Assembly: GCF_009914755.1 (NCBI RefSeq)
Contig: NC_060925.1
Reading direction: 5' to 3' (one strand)
Source: the human T2T-CHM13v2.0 reference genome, Homo sapiens
DNA: 64,000 bases
A program made the translations under genes and the position numbers. Numbering within the stretch: the first letter of the stretch is position 1; the number at the start of each line of letters is the position of its first letter. The notes below the pieces were generated by a model. The model saw only the letters and a program-made list of their open reading frames with translations. It did not search any database and was not told the origin of the DNA. Shown here piece after piece: positions 27,702-42,363 of the stretch.

Positions 27702-28104
27702 TGATGTGGTTTGGATGTGTGTCCCCTCCAAATCTCATGTTGAAATGCAATCCCCACTGCTGGAGGTGGGACCTGCTGGGAGGCCCTTGGGCTGTGGCAG
27801 TGGATCCCTCTTGGCTTGATGCTGTCCTTGCCATAGTGAGTGAGTTCTTGTGAGATCTGGTTGTTTAAAACGGTGTGGCACCTCCCCCCCTGCCCCTTGC
27901 TCCTGTTCTCGCCATGTGATGTGCCTGCTCCCACTTTGCCTTCTGCCATGAGTAAAAGCTCCCTGAAGTCTCCTCAGAAGCTGGGCAGATGCCAGCACCA
28001 TGCTTGTGCAGCCTGCAGAGCCATGAGCCAATTACACCTGTTTTCTTTATAAATTACCCAGTCTCAGTTATTCCTTTATAGCAACACAAGAATGGCCTGA
28101 CACA
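27702..28104 (+). mobile_element. MST (MSTA/B-like) MaLR solo LTR
   Basis: tgatgtggtttggatgtgtgtcccctccaaatctcatgttg..ataaattacccagtctcag.. Confidence 0.88.
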
Positions 28105-28729
28105 TCTGGGATAGAAGGTAGATGGCAGGTCTGGGGTTGTGGGCTGGGCATGGAGCTATGAGAGAATTGCTTGGAATTCTACAAGACCATATACGAGGCC
28201 AGGTGACATGAAAGGTTATGGGTCAAATCAGGCAGGGGGTCCACAATTGGGAAGGCATGCAGCCTATGTGCAAACATTCACTCTAGAAGCTCTGTGAACA
28301 CCGACCATGTGCTGGATGCTAGAGAGCTGATACTCTGATGGTTGAGAGGGAGCCAAACTCCATGTCAGCCTAAGAAACAACCGTCTAGTAGTGAGGATGT
28401 CATAAGCAAAAGGTTTCATTAAAATGTGATAAATGCCATCAAAGAAGCTGGAACAGGTGCCACGGGACAAGAGGGGAAACCCCTCAGAGTGTGGGAAACC
28501 TCATGAGGGGGCTGCGCCTGAGTTGAGTTGGGGGGTGGGGCAGAGTGGATGGAGGGACAGTGGGCACGGGGTGGGGGGCGAGGTCAAGTGCAGGATGGCA
28601 GGCAAGGTGAGAGAAGCTCAGGGGGCGGGAGTGGATCTTGGTGTTTGGGGAAGAGAAGGGGGAAATTCTAAAAGTCAGATTCGATAAAATCTTTTGAGGA
28701 ATTGCTCTAAGTAGCTGTAATAGAATGGC

Positions 28730-29076
28730 ATTTTAGTTTGTATGCAAAATACCATAGACCGGGTAGCTTATAAACAACAAACATTTATTTCTTACAGTTC
28801 TAGAGTTTGGAAGTCTAAAATTAAGTTACAGGAAGATTTGGTGTCTGGTGAGGTCCTGCTTCCTGGTTCATATGTGGCACCTTCTGGCTGAGTCTCCACA
28901 TGGTGGAAGGGGGAGGAGCTCTCTGAGGCTTCTTCATGAGGGCACTAGCCCCATTCGTGAAGGCTCTACCCTCATGACCTAATCACCCTCAGCAGCGCCA
29001 GCTCCTAACACCATCACACTGGGGGTTAGGATTCAGCATGGGAATTTGGGTAGACAAAAACATTCACTCCATGGCA
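28730..29076 (-). mobile_element. MLT1A-like MaLR LTR
   Basis: caaaataccatagaccgggtagcttataaacaac..ctcatgacctaatcacc..ggattcagcatgggaatttggg. Confidence 0.75.
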
Positions 29077-29094
29077 AATGGGCACACATGGGGT

Positions 29095-29240
29095 TATAGT
29101 CGGGCTAATGAAAGTGTACACTGCTCTGGTGATGGGTGCACCAAAATCTCACAGATCACCACTAAAGAACTTACTCAGGTAACCAAACACCATCTGTTCC
29201 CCCAATAACCTATGGAAATAAATTTTTTTTTTTTTAAAAG
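29095..29240 (+). mobile_element. Short L1 3' terminal fragment (L1PB/L1MA)
   Basis: gtacactgctctggtgatgggtgcaccaaaatctcacagatcaccactaaagaactta.. Confidence 0.75.
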
Positions 29241-29326
29241 AGAGAAAGCAGAACAGTTCTGCTCTGTTATGTGCAAGCTCTGTGACATTAATTTTCCTCA
29301 CTGAGCTTTGCTTGCCCATCTGTAAA

Positions 29327-29417
29327 AACAAGAGCAAGACTCCGTCTCAAAAAAACAAAAACAAAAACAAAAAACAAACAACAACAACAAAAAACAAAAC
29401 AAAAACAAAAAAAAACA
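29327..29417 (+). mobile_element. Extremely 5'-truncated Alu (~22 nt body + A-rich tail) inside a MIR
   Basis: aacaagagcaagactccgtctc followed by (AAAAAC)n tail; MIR-like catctgtaaaa..gggg is split by it. Confidence 0.75.
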
Positions 29418-29879
29418 GGGGTCATCTCTAACTGTGGGCTGTGCTTGGGGTCAAATGGGAAAACTGGAGGGAAAACACCTACCATGCTGGAGGCATGGAC
29501 TTCTTCCTACCTCCTTGAAAACCAGCTCTCATGGAAGACAGTGTCTGCTGTGTGTCCAGCTGGAAGTGCCCATGCTCCGTGTACTGAGGGCAAGGTTACT
29601 TCTCTGCCACCAACTGAGCCTGTGAAGGCTGAGTCGGGATGAGTGTGAAAGGGCTGGAACATGAAACCTCACTGTTGTTTACATCCAGGGCCAGGCTTCT
29701 TCTGCAAAGCTGCCCAACACAGTCCCATGAGGTCAGGACACAAGATACAGCTTTAAATGCCTCCTAACCTGGCAGGAAAGGATTAGGAGATGAGCTCCAG
29801 CCCTTGAAACCACCACAACGGTGGCCGCCATAATTGTGCACTTGGCAGCCATTATCAGAGCTCACTTGTCCCCTGTCAG

Positions 29880-30277
29880 TGTTTTGGGCTGAAGTGTGTC
29901 CCCCCTTGCTCCCTTCCCTAAATTCACATGTTGAAATCCTAACCCCCAGGACCTCAGAATGTGGCTGTATTTGAAGACAGGCCTTCAGAGAGGTGACTGA
30001 GTTAAAATGAGGTCGTAAGGGTGAGGCCTAATCCAAAGGACTGCTCTCCTTATAAGAAGAGGAGATGAAGGCGCAGACACACACAGAAGGAAGACCACAT
30101 GGGGACACAGGGAGAAGACAGCCATCTGCCAGCCAAGGAGAGAGGCCTCAGGAGAAACCAACCCTGCCAACATTTTGATCTCAGACATCCAGCCTCCAGA
30201 ACCATGAGGAAATACATTTCTGTTTAAGCCTCTCGGTCTGTGGTGCTTTGTCATGGCAGCCTGAGCATACTCAGACA
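29880..30277 (+). mobile_element. MLT1B-like MaLR solo LTR
   Basis: tgttttgggctgaagtgtgtcccc..cctcagaatgtggctgtatttg..ccaaggagagaggcctcaggagaaaccaaccctgcc.. Confidence 0.87.
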
Positions 30278-31760
30278 CAGAGGCTGACAATCTTCTCCTT
30301 CCTGTCTATTATTCTTGCCACCAAACATCAAACCAAACATATTCTGCCAGTGCCCTTGCAGCTGTGGTGCATCTGTGGCACTGTTTTTCCCGCTCACTCA
30401 AACTCTCGTGGATGGAACTTTCCACGGCTGCTCCAGCCCCAGCTCTCCCTTCCCCTAGCCCCATCATTTGTGGACCTCAGTGTTCTCTCATCACTTCACG
30501 AAAATTTACCTTGTGGCCTCAATTATAGTAGAAGCCCTTAGACTGCCAACTTCTTGGCTGTGTCACCTGGAGCAAGTTCTGGAACCTTCAGTTTCCTCAT
30601 GTGTAAGAACAGCTGTAAGCCAACCACACCGGATAAACAACCAGCTCTGCCTGACCCTGGAATCCCAGATGCCTCTCTTGGCCCATGGTGGGATACCCTG
30701 CTCTGCCACCTCTCAGTACCACCATCGCTACAATGCACAGCCTGCCTGACCCTATGGCCCTGCCTCTGCTGACCACAGCAGGTGCACAACCTACTGTAGA
30801 CTGTGGCTCAGCTCCAAGGCCCTGACATTCCCAGGCTGTGCCTTCATGCAGTGCATAGTTATCTGGCTTATGTTCAGCCACCACGTCCCATGAGAGGACA
30901 AGGATGGATGAGGCCTTCGTTTTGTCTGCCTGGACTCCAAGATATTATCCTTGTGCTGCAATAGGTAATAGCTACCTGCAGCTGATGACTCAGACTTCCT
31001 CCTTTCACAAACACTTTTTTTTTTTTTTCTGGCAGGGCCACTTTGCCTCTGTGACATTCAAGAAGTGCTTACAACTGAGACCTGCCTGCAAGCTGCAAAA
31101 ACTGTAAGGGGAAAAACTTTGCTTGGAGAGTGCTCTTGAACACTAAACCATATTGCTTTGCCAAACAGGAATATGGGGGTGAAATAGGGGTCATTGTCAG
31201 AGGTAGGTGCAATTTTACAATTGAAGCCAACAGGCTTGAAATATAGTGAAAGCACTTTTGGTTAAAAAATAAACTCTCCAAGTTTGCAAAAGGGTCAATT
31301 ATCATTACTTTTATTTGGGCTCAGAAATCTTTCCTAACCACAGCTTAATCTTTTCTCAAACAATCTATGACAACCTCCAGCTACAGGAAGCTAAAAGAGC
31401 CACTGTGTCATGTCCAATTAAGGAATATTATCAAGATGTCTGTGTCTCTAGGGAGAATAGCCCCCCCAGGGATGGTCACCTGAATTGACTTTACCTGCGA
31501 GCACCCAACAGCATGGAGGCTGGACTTTTGGTGACATAACTTTTTTTTCTCTCCCAACCTTTTTCTCTGTCATAACTTGTTATTGAACTCAGAAGCAGGA
31601 ACAATGACCCAGTCCTTCTGGGAGATATGATGTGGTGGCAGTTTGGGCTCTTTTTAAATGCATGTGTCATTTGTCCTTACATCTGGTTCTGAATCACAAA
31701 AAGAATCTATAAAAAGCCAGAACCTAAATAAATGTTAGCAGCATTGTTTGGTGAAAGCCC

Positions 31761-32493
31761 TGTAACCATCCAATGGGTTCATCTTGCCAGCTGCCCAGAT
31801 AAAGCTGATTTATCAAGACAGGGGAGTGGCAACAGAGAAAGAGTTTAATATACAAAGAGCTGGCTAAATGGGAAACCAGAGTTTTATTATCACTCAGATC
31901 ATCCTTCCAGAATGTTTGGAGGCAAGGGTTTTCAAAGATAGTTTGGCCTGCAGGGGGCTAGGGAATGGGTGCTGCTGATTGGTTGGTGAGGTAATCATAG
32001 GGGTGTGGAAACCAGTTCTTGTGTGTTGAGTCCACTTCTGGGTAGGGACCACAGGACTGGTTGAGTCAAGAGTTGCGGGTCCAGGTGGAGCCACTGGTCA
32101 TCAGAAATGCAAAAGCCTGAAAACACACCTCAAAAGGCCAAACTTAGGTTCCATAATAGTGGTGTTATTTACAGAAGTAGGAAGGTTGCAAATCTTGTGA
32201 CCTCCAAAATTATGGCTTGTTATCATTTAATTACATCTACATCTTAGCAGAATTCAGGTCCCTCTCATTCTCCTAACCTGGTGGACTTTCATTAGTTTAA
32301 CTAATGTGGTTTAGTTTTGGGAAAGGGCTATTATCGTTTAAACTATGAACTAAGTTTCTCCCTAAGTTAGTTTGGTCCACTCAGGAGTGATCAGTGCAGT
32401 TTGGAGGTTACAGGCAAGATGGAGGTGGTTAGATCAGATCTCTTCCACTGTCATAATTTTCTCATTGCTATAATTTTTGCAAAGGTGTTTTTA
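31761..32493 (-). mobile_element. LTR8-family ERV1 solo LTR
   Basis: Minus strand starts taaaaacacctttgcaaaaattat (LTR8-like); 4-bp TSD gccc at 31757-31760 and 32494-32497. Confidence 0.87.
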
Positions 32494-32781
32494 GCCCTTT
32501 GTTAAAGTACAAAGATTGCCACGTGGATGAGCAGGGTTTGAACACCTTGCCTCTTTGAGAGGACCTCTTCATGCCCTGCCAGCTCCTGTGGGCCTCATGG
32601 TCTCTCACTATTGGGTAAAGAATATGACTCCAGTTCCTCTATGAAGTGTCATCTGCCACCTCAGTTTATCTGGCTTTCTGCACATTCACTCCTTTACTTA
32701 GCAAGCTTGGGAATCTTTTTTGTATATCTCCAACTAAGTGCTTGGAGGGAGGAGGGGAAAAGTTGCATTTGCTCTGTCTCA

Positions 32782-33975
<1,194 letters not shown>

Positions 33976-35625
33976 CTCAGAAGGGGCCCGACGCTTAGGA
34001 TTCACCACCTCCTCAGGAAATCTGCCTGTGCTCTGTGGGATATGGTGGCATTTCTATGGGGGATGTTTCTCGGCCACTTGTGGCCCTTAGTTCTTGGGTC
34101 TTGAGTCCCCTCAACCATCCCCACCTGCCCAAGTCTCTCACAACTTCATTCTTCCTCTTTTTATGAGGTAGCAAGATAAGTTCTGCTCTGTACTCTTGGC
34201 CTCAGTGTCCTCTTCTGTAATGTGGGGATTTAGGATGTTATCTCTTAGAAAACATCTGAAACATACTTGGCTCTCAAAGAATGCTATCCGGTGCCTATTT
34301 CTCAAACCACGTGCCCAGATTCCTGACCAATCAGCTGCTCATATTTCTATGTCTGGTTCCAGAACAAAATTTTGTCACAGCTAAGAATTATAAAATTTGT
34401 ACCCCTCAGCCTATAGTGTAAAAATAGCTGCCAGAAGAGGCCATAGATATATCCAGAACAGAGATTAGAATGCTTCACTGAAGACTTGTTTATTGTAGTA
34501 AATGACCCAAACTTAAATCTTAAATGTCCAGCCAGAAGAGATGAGTAAACCTAAGGTAACATTATACAATGGAATACATGACAACTACCAAACTCATTTT
34601 AAATATTAATAGATTGCATAATATATTGCCAAGTGAATAATACAGGTGACAGAACTGTATTTACAATCTTATTTCATTTTTGTAAAATAAATACTTCACA
34701 CACACAACACACACACACACACACACACCGCACAGTGTTGCAGGAAGCATATGCACCAGATGTTACCTGTGGTTATCAGAAGGATGAGGCAAGGGGCCAT
34801 GTTCTTGTCTTGCTGACCTGCATTTCCTATAAGGTTGCAGTGGAGGAGGCCCCTCAGGGCACCACACCCGGGCCCTCTCCTTTCCTCTGCCCAACCCCAC
34901 TTCAAGCTTATAATCAAATTCTAATCAGCAAGTGGGTACTCAATTGCCGAATGTTTTTGGGCTCATGTTTGCCAATTTAAAAACAGCAGACGTTTCTAGC
35001 CAATTATTGCAGTGACTCTAGAAGAGTGATTACTTTCTCCGTCTTGTGGCTCTGATGATTCTTCAGGAAATTGAGCTGAGAGTTTAATGTCAAGTGGCTT
35101 TGTGAACAGCATTTTTATTGGAAGTTGAGCCTTTGATTTCTGAGTTGTGAAGCAACTCTGTTCTATTCGAGAGAATGTTTTCTTTGACCATGGAAGACAT
35201 CAAATTTGGTTCAAACAAGAGGACCTTGTGTGAGGACTACATACACAGGTGATCCTAAAGTATCAGCTTGACCCCAATCACAGTGTTTACGTGTTTAGGT
35301 AGCTCCAAAATGTTTGAAGCAGCTTCCTAATGAGCAGCTGGTTTTGTTGTGAAATTGTGTTTCTAAACAGCAACCTCTCAGAGCAGCTGAGAAATAATTG
35401 TAAAATAATAATTATTAATAATTGTATGTAAATAATGATTAATTAATCATTAATAATGAATGATAAATAATTATTAAGAATAATTGAAATGATTCCTAAT
35501 GTTTTTATTCTGTTTTACTAATAATAAGTAAAGATTTGACTTTTGTGTTTTATTTTATAGTTTGCAAACTACTTTTTAAAAACAACTTTATTGGGATATA
35601 ATTTTCATACCATACAACTAACTCC

Positions 35626-35911
35626 CTTTTTTTTGAGACGGGTTTTTGCTCTGGCACCTGGGCTTCTGGTAGCGCAGTCATGGCTCACTGCAGCTTCAAT
35701 CTCCCAAACCCAAATGATCCTCCCGTCTCAGCCTTCCCAGAAGCTGGGACTATAGGTGTGTGCCGCCACGCCTGGCTAATTTTAAAATTTTTGTAGAGAT
35801 AGAATCTCCCTATGTTGCCCAGGCTGGCCTCAAACTGCTGGGCTCAAGTGATCCTCCTTCCTCAACCTCCCAAAGTACTGGGATTACAGGCATGAGCCAC
35901 TGTACCCAGCC
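35626..35911 (-). mobile_element. AluJ
   Basis: Antisense Alu with J diagnostics (tcatggctcactgcagcttcaa; gggctcaagtgatcctcc). Confidence 0.88.
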
Positions 35912-36082
35912 AATTTGCCCATTTAAAGTGTACAATCTAATGGTTTTGAGTATATTTGCAGAGTTGTGCAACCATCACCACAATCTAACTTCAGAACAAT
36001 TTTTTCACCTCAAGAAGAAATTCTGCCTAATTGCAGTCACTTCGTATTCTCCATCTCAACTCTCATTCCTAGTCTTATGAAA

Positions 36083-36738
36083 TGTAGGGGATAAGAGAAA
36101 ACTTCCCCTTCACCCTTTGAAGGTTCTCTAACAAAAGGCAGAATAACAGGAGAAAAGGTACACACATTTATTAACGTGTATGGTGGGGTTGGGATGTGGG
36201 CAGGGGAGTAGTGGATCACAGGGGGATTGCCCACCAACCCAGTGTGGCACAGAAGCTTTACGGGGAAGAGAGGAGATGGAGACTGTAGGCAATGCTTTCA
36301 TTAGGGAGAATTGAATGGACCCACGATGTTGGAGGCAGACTTTATAGGAAGAAAAGATGTGGAGCTGCACAGGAACAAAGGTTGTCTTATTATGCAAAAA
36401 AAAGTCCCCCAGGTAATCTCCTGGGGTTACCCTCAGAAGAATAGATGAAAAGTTTGTCTGGGCATGGGGTAACTCCCAGTCTCTTCTCTTCTCCAATGGT
36501 TGATAGTTCCTGGTTATTTGATGAGATCCCTAGGGAGGGGGTTTAAGACAATTATGTTTCTTTTGGAAAGAAGCTTTCTTGGTCAGAGAAGGAAATTCCA
36601 AAGAGAGTCCCTCCCTGCACTTGGTGGGTGGGGGTAGAACAAAACAGGGTTAGAGGCAGCTTGATTATGAGGCAGCCTCTATGGTCTCTCAGCATGTCAA
36701 AGCATCGACTTTTGGGGTGTCGTTTTCTAAGCCCCAAA
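36083..36738 (-). mobile_element. ERV1 solo LTR (LTR48/LTR49-like)
   Basis: Minus strand begins ttggggcttagaaaacgacaccccaaaag..ctttgacatgctgag, same family as 44563-45324. Confidence 0.65.
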
Positions 36739-37008
36739 GGCAACCACTAATCTACTTCCTATCTCTATAGATTTATAAATTTGTCTCTTCTGGACATTTC
36801 ATATAAATGGAATCATACAATATGTGGACTTTTGAACTGACTTCTTTCACTTACGTACATAATGTTTTTGAGGTTCATGTATGTTGTAGCATGTATCAGC
36901 ACTTCATTCCTTTTTATTGTCAAGTAAAATTCCACTGAATAAATATACCACATTTTATGTATTCATTCATCAGTGGAGTATTTGAGTTGTTTCCACCATT
37001 TTTTGGCT

Positions 37009-37510
37009 TGTTAAAGTATGCTCCTGGCTGACAGACAAAATGGACTTCCTATGACTACCTGAGGTGCTCAAAGTTAACACAGAACCAGGTGTCCATGACT
37101 GGTGAAGGAGTGGTCACATATTCTGTGTTCTCAGAAAGATGTAAAAATGTCACAGGACCCACCCTTCTACAAGCCAAACTGGTTCCCATTGTCAGTGCCC
37201 AGACAGACTGCAGCTGGAAACTCCTCAACTTGTAACTACCCAATGAGTTCTTCTTGCCCACTGCCCAAATAGTGCCAATTCATCAAGACAGAGGAATTGC
37301 AAGAGAGAAAGAGTTTAATGCACACAGAACCTACTAAACAGGAGACCAGAATTTTATTATTACTCGAATCAGCCTCCCTGAAAATTCAGAGGCTAGGCTT
37401 TTTAAAAGATATTTGGTGGGCAGGGGGTTGAGAGGAAGGAATGCTGATTGGTGGGGTTGGGGATGAAATCATAGGGACTTGAAGCTGTCCTCTTGCACTG
37501 AGTCAGTTCA
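37009..37510. mobile_element. Two truncated ERV1 LTR pieces (unassigned LTR 37009-37229; LTR8-like on minus 37230-37510)
   Basis: 37230-37510 aligns with 31761-32030; both pieces stop abruptly before L1-like sequence. Confidence 0.65.
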
Positions 37511-37734
37511 ATGTCTGATGAAGAAAAATTACAGCAAGAGAGCACAGAAAAGTTGGTGGAGAGAAATTATCAAAGTCAGGATATGAAAGAAATGTTGAGT
37601 TGAGGATCACAAGCCTTCAAATTGAAAGGGGCACAGAGTGGTCGCAATAGTGAATTTTTAGAAAAGTGTCACATTATTATTATTTCATCTGACCAGTAGT
37701 AAAGACTCTCTCTCTTTCTCTTTCTTTTTCTTAC

Positions 37735-37851
37735 TTGAGATATGGTCTCACTGTGTTGGCCAGGCTGGTCTCAAACTCTTAGGCTCAAGCAATCTCCAGC
37801 CTCAGCCTCCTGAATAGCTGAGATTATAGGCACATGTCACTATGCCCAGTT
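37735..37851 (-). mobile_element. FLAM-like Alu monomer
   Basis: gagatatggtctcactgtgttggccaggctggtctcaaactcttaggctcaagcaatc. Confidence 0.75.
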
Positions 37852-38825
37852 AGTGAAAATTTCTATAAACTTCTGGGCATGGCAGGTGTGTGTGTGTGAG
37901 AGAGAGAGACAGAGAGAGAGAGAGAGAAAAAGGATTTGAATTCGGAATAGCATTGAACTTTTTAATAGCAAAACTGAAAGAAGATAATAATACAATGTCT
38001 TCAATATTCTGAGGGACAATGACTTTCAACCAGAATTCTACCCTTAGGCAAACTATTTAATCAAGAGTAAGTATAAGAGAAAGACATTTTCAGAAAACTG
38101 AAGACTTTTTTTTTTCACCTCTTACGCACTTTCCTTAGGCAGATATGCCTCAGCAAAAAAAGAAAATTAATCAAGGAAGGGGAAGATGAAATGGCACCTA
38201 GGTAACAGATGATTCAACACAGGGAATGGCTGAGGGACAGCTCAGGCATTAATATTCAGCCTCTAGACTGGAGTTGGAGGTCTTTGGGAAGTAATTTGCC
38301 AGCAGAAATAAAAAATGGAACTGCTATATTTGATTACATAAAAAATGTGATTGATTTTGGATTATTTGGGGTGGGGGAAGTAAGCATTGTAACATAGAAA
38401 ATCTAATAAATAAAAAAACAAAGCAAATATTAACTCTAGGAAGAAAAGAAACTGTTGTAGAAGACAGATGTCATCATAATGGACATTTTGGCTCATGAGT
38501 GAATCATATTTCATAGTCATAGGGATGTAAATGCTGCTTATTGAGAATAAAAATCATTATATAAATATGTAGGGAGAGCTGTAGGGAATGCTGGTAGAAG
38601 AATGGAGCAGGATTGCTAAATCCTCAGCTCTCATGGTAGGTGTCAATAGACAATGTCTAAAATTGACAAATTAGAATTTAGCAATGTAAGCCTATTATTT
38701 AGAAACAAAGAGGTTAAAGACAAGGGAAAAAGCTCTATGATCTCAAGAATAGCTTGCAGGAGTGATGCAGGGAAGGGAGAGACAGAGGTTTTTATTATTA
38801 GCTTTTTGGTATTATTTGAATTTAA

Positions 38826-39445
38826 AGCCATGGCACAGTGGCTCACACCTGTAATCCCAATACTTTGGGAGGCTAAGGCAGGGGGATCACTTGAGGCCAG
38901 GACTTTGAGATCAGCCTGGGGAACATAGAGAGACCTTGTCTCTACAAAAACAAAAAATTAGCAAAATGTGGTGGTGCTTGTCTCTAGTACCAGCTACTTG
39001 GGAGGTTGAGGTGGGAGGATTGCTTGAGCCCAGGAGTTCGAGGCTGCAGTGAGCATGATCATGTCATTGCTCTCCAGCCTGGGTGACAGAGTGAGACTGT
39101 CTGAAAAAGAAAGAAAAAGAAATAAAGAAAGAAAGAAAGAAGGAAAAAAAGAAAGAAAGAAAGAAAGAAAGAGAAAGAAGGGAAGGAAGGAAGGAGAAGG
39201 GGAGGGAAGGGAGGGCAGGGGAGGGGAGGGAAGGGAAGGGGGAAGGAGAGAGAGAGAAGGAAAAAGAAGAAGAAAGAAAGAAGGAAAGAAAGAAAAAGAA
39301 AGAAAGAGAAAGAAAAGAAAGAAAGAAACAAGAAGGAAGGAAGAAAGGAAGGAAGGAGGGAGGGAGGGAGGGAGGAAGTAAGGAAGGAAGGAAGGAAGGA
39401 AAGAAAGAAAGGGAAGGGAAGGAAGGAAGAGAGGGAAAAGAAGGA
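38826..39445 (+). mobile_element. AluJ with ~340 bp polypurine (GAAA/GGAA/GGGA) tail
   Basis: Alu body 38826-39104; almost purely purine tract 39105-39445. Confidence 0.9.
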
Positions 39446-39746
39446 ATTGATTCTTGGTCCTACCTCTTTCCATAAATTACAAGACTAAACTGCAGCACCG
39501 TCTGATGAGCAACTTCATAAATTCTCTGTTTCAAGGTTTCCAGAGAATTGTTACTTCCCCTCCACCAGCCACACTTTCTGCAAGCCACAGAAAACTCTAG
39601 AAATCTCTACTCTTCTTCCCTCAAATCCCCAGTTGCTGCAGGGAGCCCACTTCTAGTTCAGGATTTCATAGTCCTGAGGGGCAAACCCAACGGCAGCATT
39701 GAGCCTGACTTGGGCTTGGTGCTTTCTTAGAAGGAGTTTAGTTTCC

Positions 39747-39846
39747 AGCTGGGCACAGGCACACCTATAGTCCCAGCTAATAAAGGATCTTTTGAGGCCA
39801 AGAGTTTGAGTCCAGCCTGGGCGACATAGCGATACCCAGTCTCAAA

Positions 39847-39881
<35 letters not shown>

Positions 39882-39897
39882 ATAGATAAATAAATAA
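39747..39897 (+). mobile_element. FLAM with (TAAA)n tail
   Basis: Monomer plus (TAAA)~13; TSD aaggagtttag(t/c)ttcc on both sides. Confidence 0.8.
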
Positions 39898-40766
39898 GTT
39901 TTTATTTAAAAATAAGGAGTTTAGCTTCCTAATAATGAGGTATTTCTAGCTTCCACTTTGGCGGTATTTGGAGAGCAGAGCTGTGGACTGGAAGTCTGAA
40001 GTCAATGTTCTACCCTCTGTCCCTCCCTATTCTTTGCTTTTCTGTTTACACAGCCATGGAGAGAGGAGAGCTTTGCGGAAAGTTGCTCTGTTGAGAGGGA
40101 CATGCTCACTGCCCTGATCTGATCATTATATAATGTAGACATGAATTGGAACATCACGCTGTACCTCATAAGCATGTACAATTAACATGTCTCAATTATA
40201 AACAAAACAAAAAATTAAATTAAAAAATAAAAATAAAATGCTGCTCTGCTGAGTTGAAGAGCTGGACACCTGGGCTCAGGATCTGGTGAGCCGGCCACAC
40301 CTTGGAGTCTGCTCTGACCTCCATGTAGTGGCACAGGCTGGGTGGAGGAACTATGGATGGCCTTAGTGGCCCATGAAGTGTCTGGTTTACTGACCTGTGG
40401 GAAAGCTGGGCTGGACTCAAGGATCAGTCTGGTGGGTTGGATTGGCCCAGCTTGCTCTCCTCTATAACCAGAGGAGTGGGCTGACCTGCAGTGGTCACAG
40501 AATCCACTGACTCTCAGACAGCTGCTCTATATTGGGTAAAGCCATCCCTCCCTACCCTGGTTAGTGCCACATTTGATGGTTGCCACCTGGGCCTTGTGGA
40601 AAAGCAAGTTGCTTTTAGTTGCTTTCTCCACAGTTGCTTCCTGAAGATGTGACTGACTTCTTTGGATGGTCACCTATGGAGTCTCAGCTTCCCTCTCTGT
40701 TGTATGGGAATAACCTAGCACCTTCCTCTCAGAGAGTCTGAATAAGAGATAGTTTCCCCATGTGTT

Positions 40767-40881
40767 AGATGGGGTTTCACCATGTTGGCCAGGCCAGTAT
40801 CAAACTCCTGACCTCAGGTGATCCACCTGCCTCGGCCTCCCAAAGTGCTGGGATTACAGGCATGAGCTACTGCGCCCGGCC
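40767..40881 (-). mobile_element. Alu left-arm remnant
   Basis: agatggggtttcaccatgttggccagg..tgcgcccggcc; right arm and tail absent. Confidence 0.85.
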
Positions 40882-42363
40882 AGGAGACATCTTTACCTTT
40901 GTATGCCACTGTCTTTTTAAATGTATTCAGTGGTGGAAGTTCTTCTCCTGGATAAAAACTTGGAGTGTCCCATAAATTCTCTGCTAATTATTGGATTTAA
41001 AAAAATCATGTTGTCTCATTTTTAGCTACAGACACAGTCTCAATTCAGAAATTGTAATAATGAAAGGTTCCAAATTCAGTCAAAGGCGTAGCTCCTCCCT
41101 CTCTCTTCCACCTGGGTCCTGCAACAGCCTGGCAGCTTAGAGTGAGAAAGGGGCTGTGAGGGCTTTTTCTGCACTGCCCCAGGGTTGTGTGGTAGGGTGG
41201 GGAGGGCCAAGAGGTCTCACCTGCCTGAGCGACAGTGACTGTCATAGGATATCCTCACACCCAGGCAGGCACGTGTTTCAGTGGACATTTTCTCCCTTGG
41301 TGTTTTTTTGGTTTCTTTGGTTTCTTCCGAGGCCTTGATGAGGAATGTTTGACTTTTTCCTGTGAAGGAAGAAACAGATGGTTTTTTGTTTTGTTTTGTT
41401 TTTCCTGTCTGGCACTTCCCTTGTCAAACTCAGCTTTTCTCCGGCCCTCTTCTCTGTGGGAGAACTCTTTTGTGGGGGCTAAGCAGTCCTCTTGGGCCTG
41501 CAGTGACTTGCTCCCTCTGTCCTGGTCCATGTCTGCAGTGCTTGACACCCCTCAAACTTGCATGGCGCCAGCTGTCCCCAGCTGAGGAGCAAACGCTGTT
41601 TCTTTTTCTGCAGCTGGCCAACCTGGTTCCACCCTCAGCACCTCCCAGGTGGAGGTGGACTCCAGGCCCCATTTTCTCACTAACTGTAGATGAGACATTT
41701 CACTCTCCCTGTTGTTCCTTTGAAATTCCTACCATGCTTTAGAACTTGAGAAAAATCACCCAAATCCATTGTCCTTAGGAGAGAGAGGATCTCTAAAAAC
41801 ACCATTTTCTACCTTTTTATAATGATAAAATGTGGTTATGAATGTGGACCACAGTCCTCTAACAGATTTTCACTCTTACTTTTCAAATTTGCAATTTCTA
41901 CTGGGACTCAGAATTCACCTTATCATCTGATACCTATTGTATCTAGGTGCCTCAAGTGAAACTTGCCACTTAACAGTGGTCCAATCAGCCTTTTATTTCT
42001 AGGGTTTTTAAAAATTAGCCATTCCTGTGCTATTTCATCTAAAGAGGGGAAAGAAAGTTGGGCTAGATTCTCTGACTATCTTTGGGTCTAGGCTATTCAA
42101 CACAAAGTGGGTAAATAGAGAAGTAGAAGGTACCTGCCTGCGAGGTGGACACTTCCAGCAAGCTCGCCCTCCCTCAGAACAGGGCTGGTTCCTCTCACAT
42201 GCGATCCTTCCCCCATGGTTGTCCTTAAAGAGGCTTGTTTTCTTTCTAAAGGCCTGATTCCAGTATCCAGCTGTGCAGGTCATTAAGAGTGATCTGCTAA
42301 GCCATGAATCAGTGTATGGAAAGAGATTGCAGGACTGGATTGAGGATCCCATGAGCATGGGCT

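Larger units (their letters stand above)
35570..37008 (-). mobile_element. Old L1M 3' region, split by an AluJ and an LTR
   Basis: ttttcataccatacaact..tttaaagtgtacaat..ggacatttcatataaatggaatcatacaatatgtgg.. (antisense L1 3' region). Confidence 0.8.

Noticed and set aside
35400-35530. AT-rich (AAT/TAAT) tract
   Set aside because: Unstructured low-complexity sequence next to an old L1 tail
38994-39473. Lys/Arg/Glu-rich and Phe/Ser/Leu-rich ORFs
   Set aside because: Translations of the polypurine Alu tail
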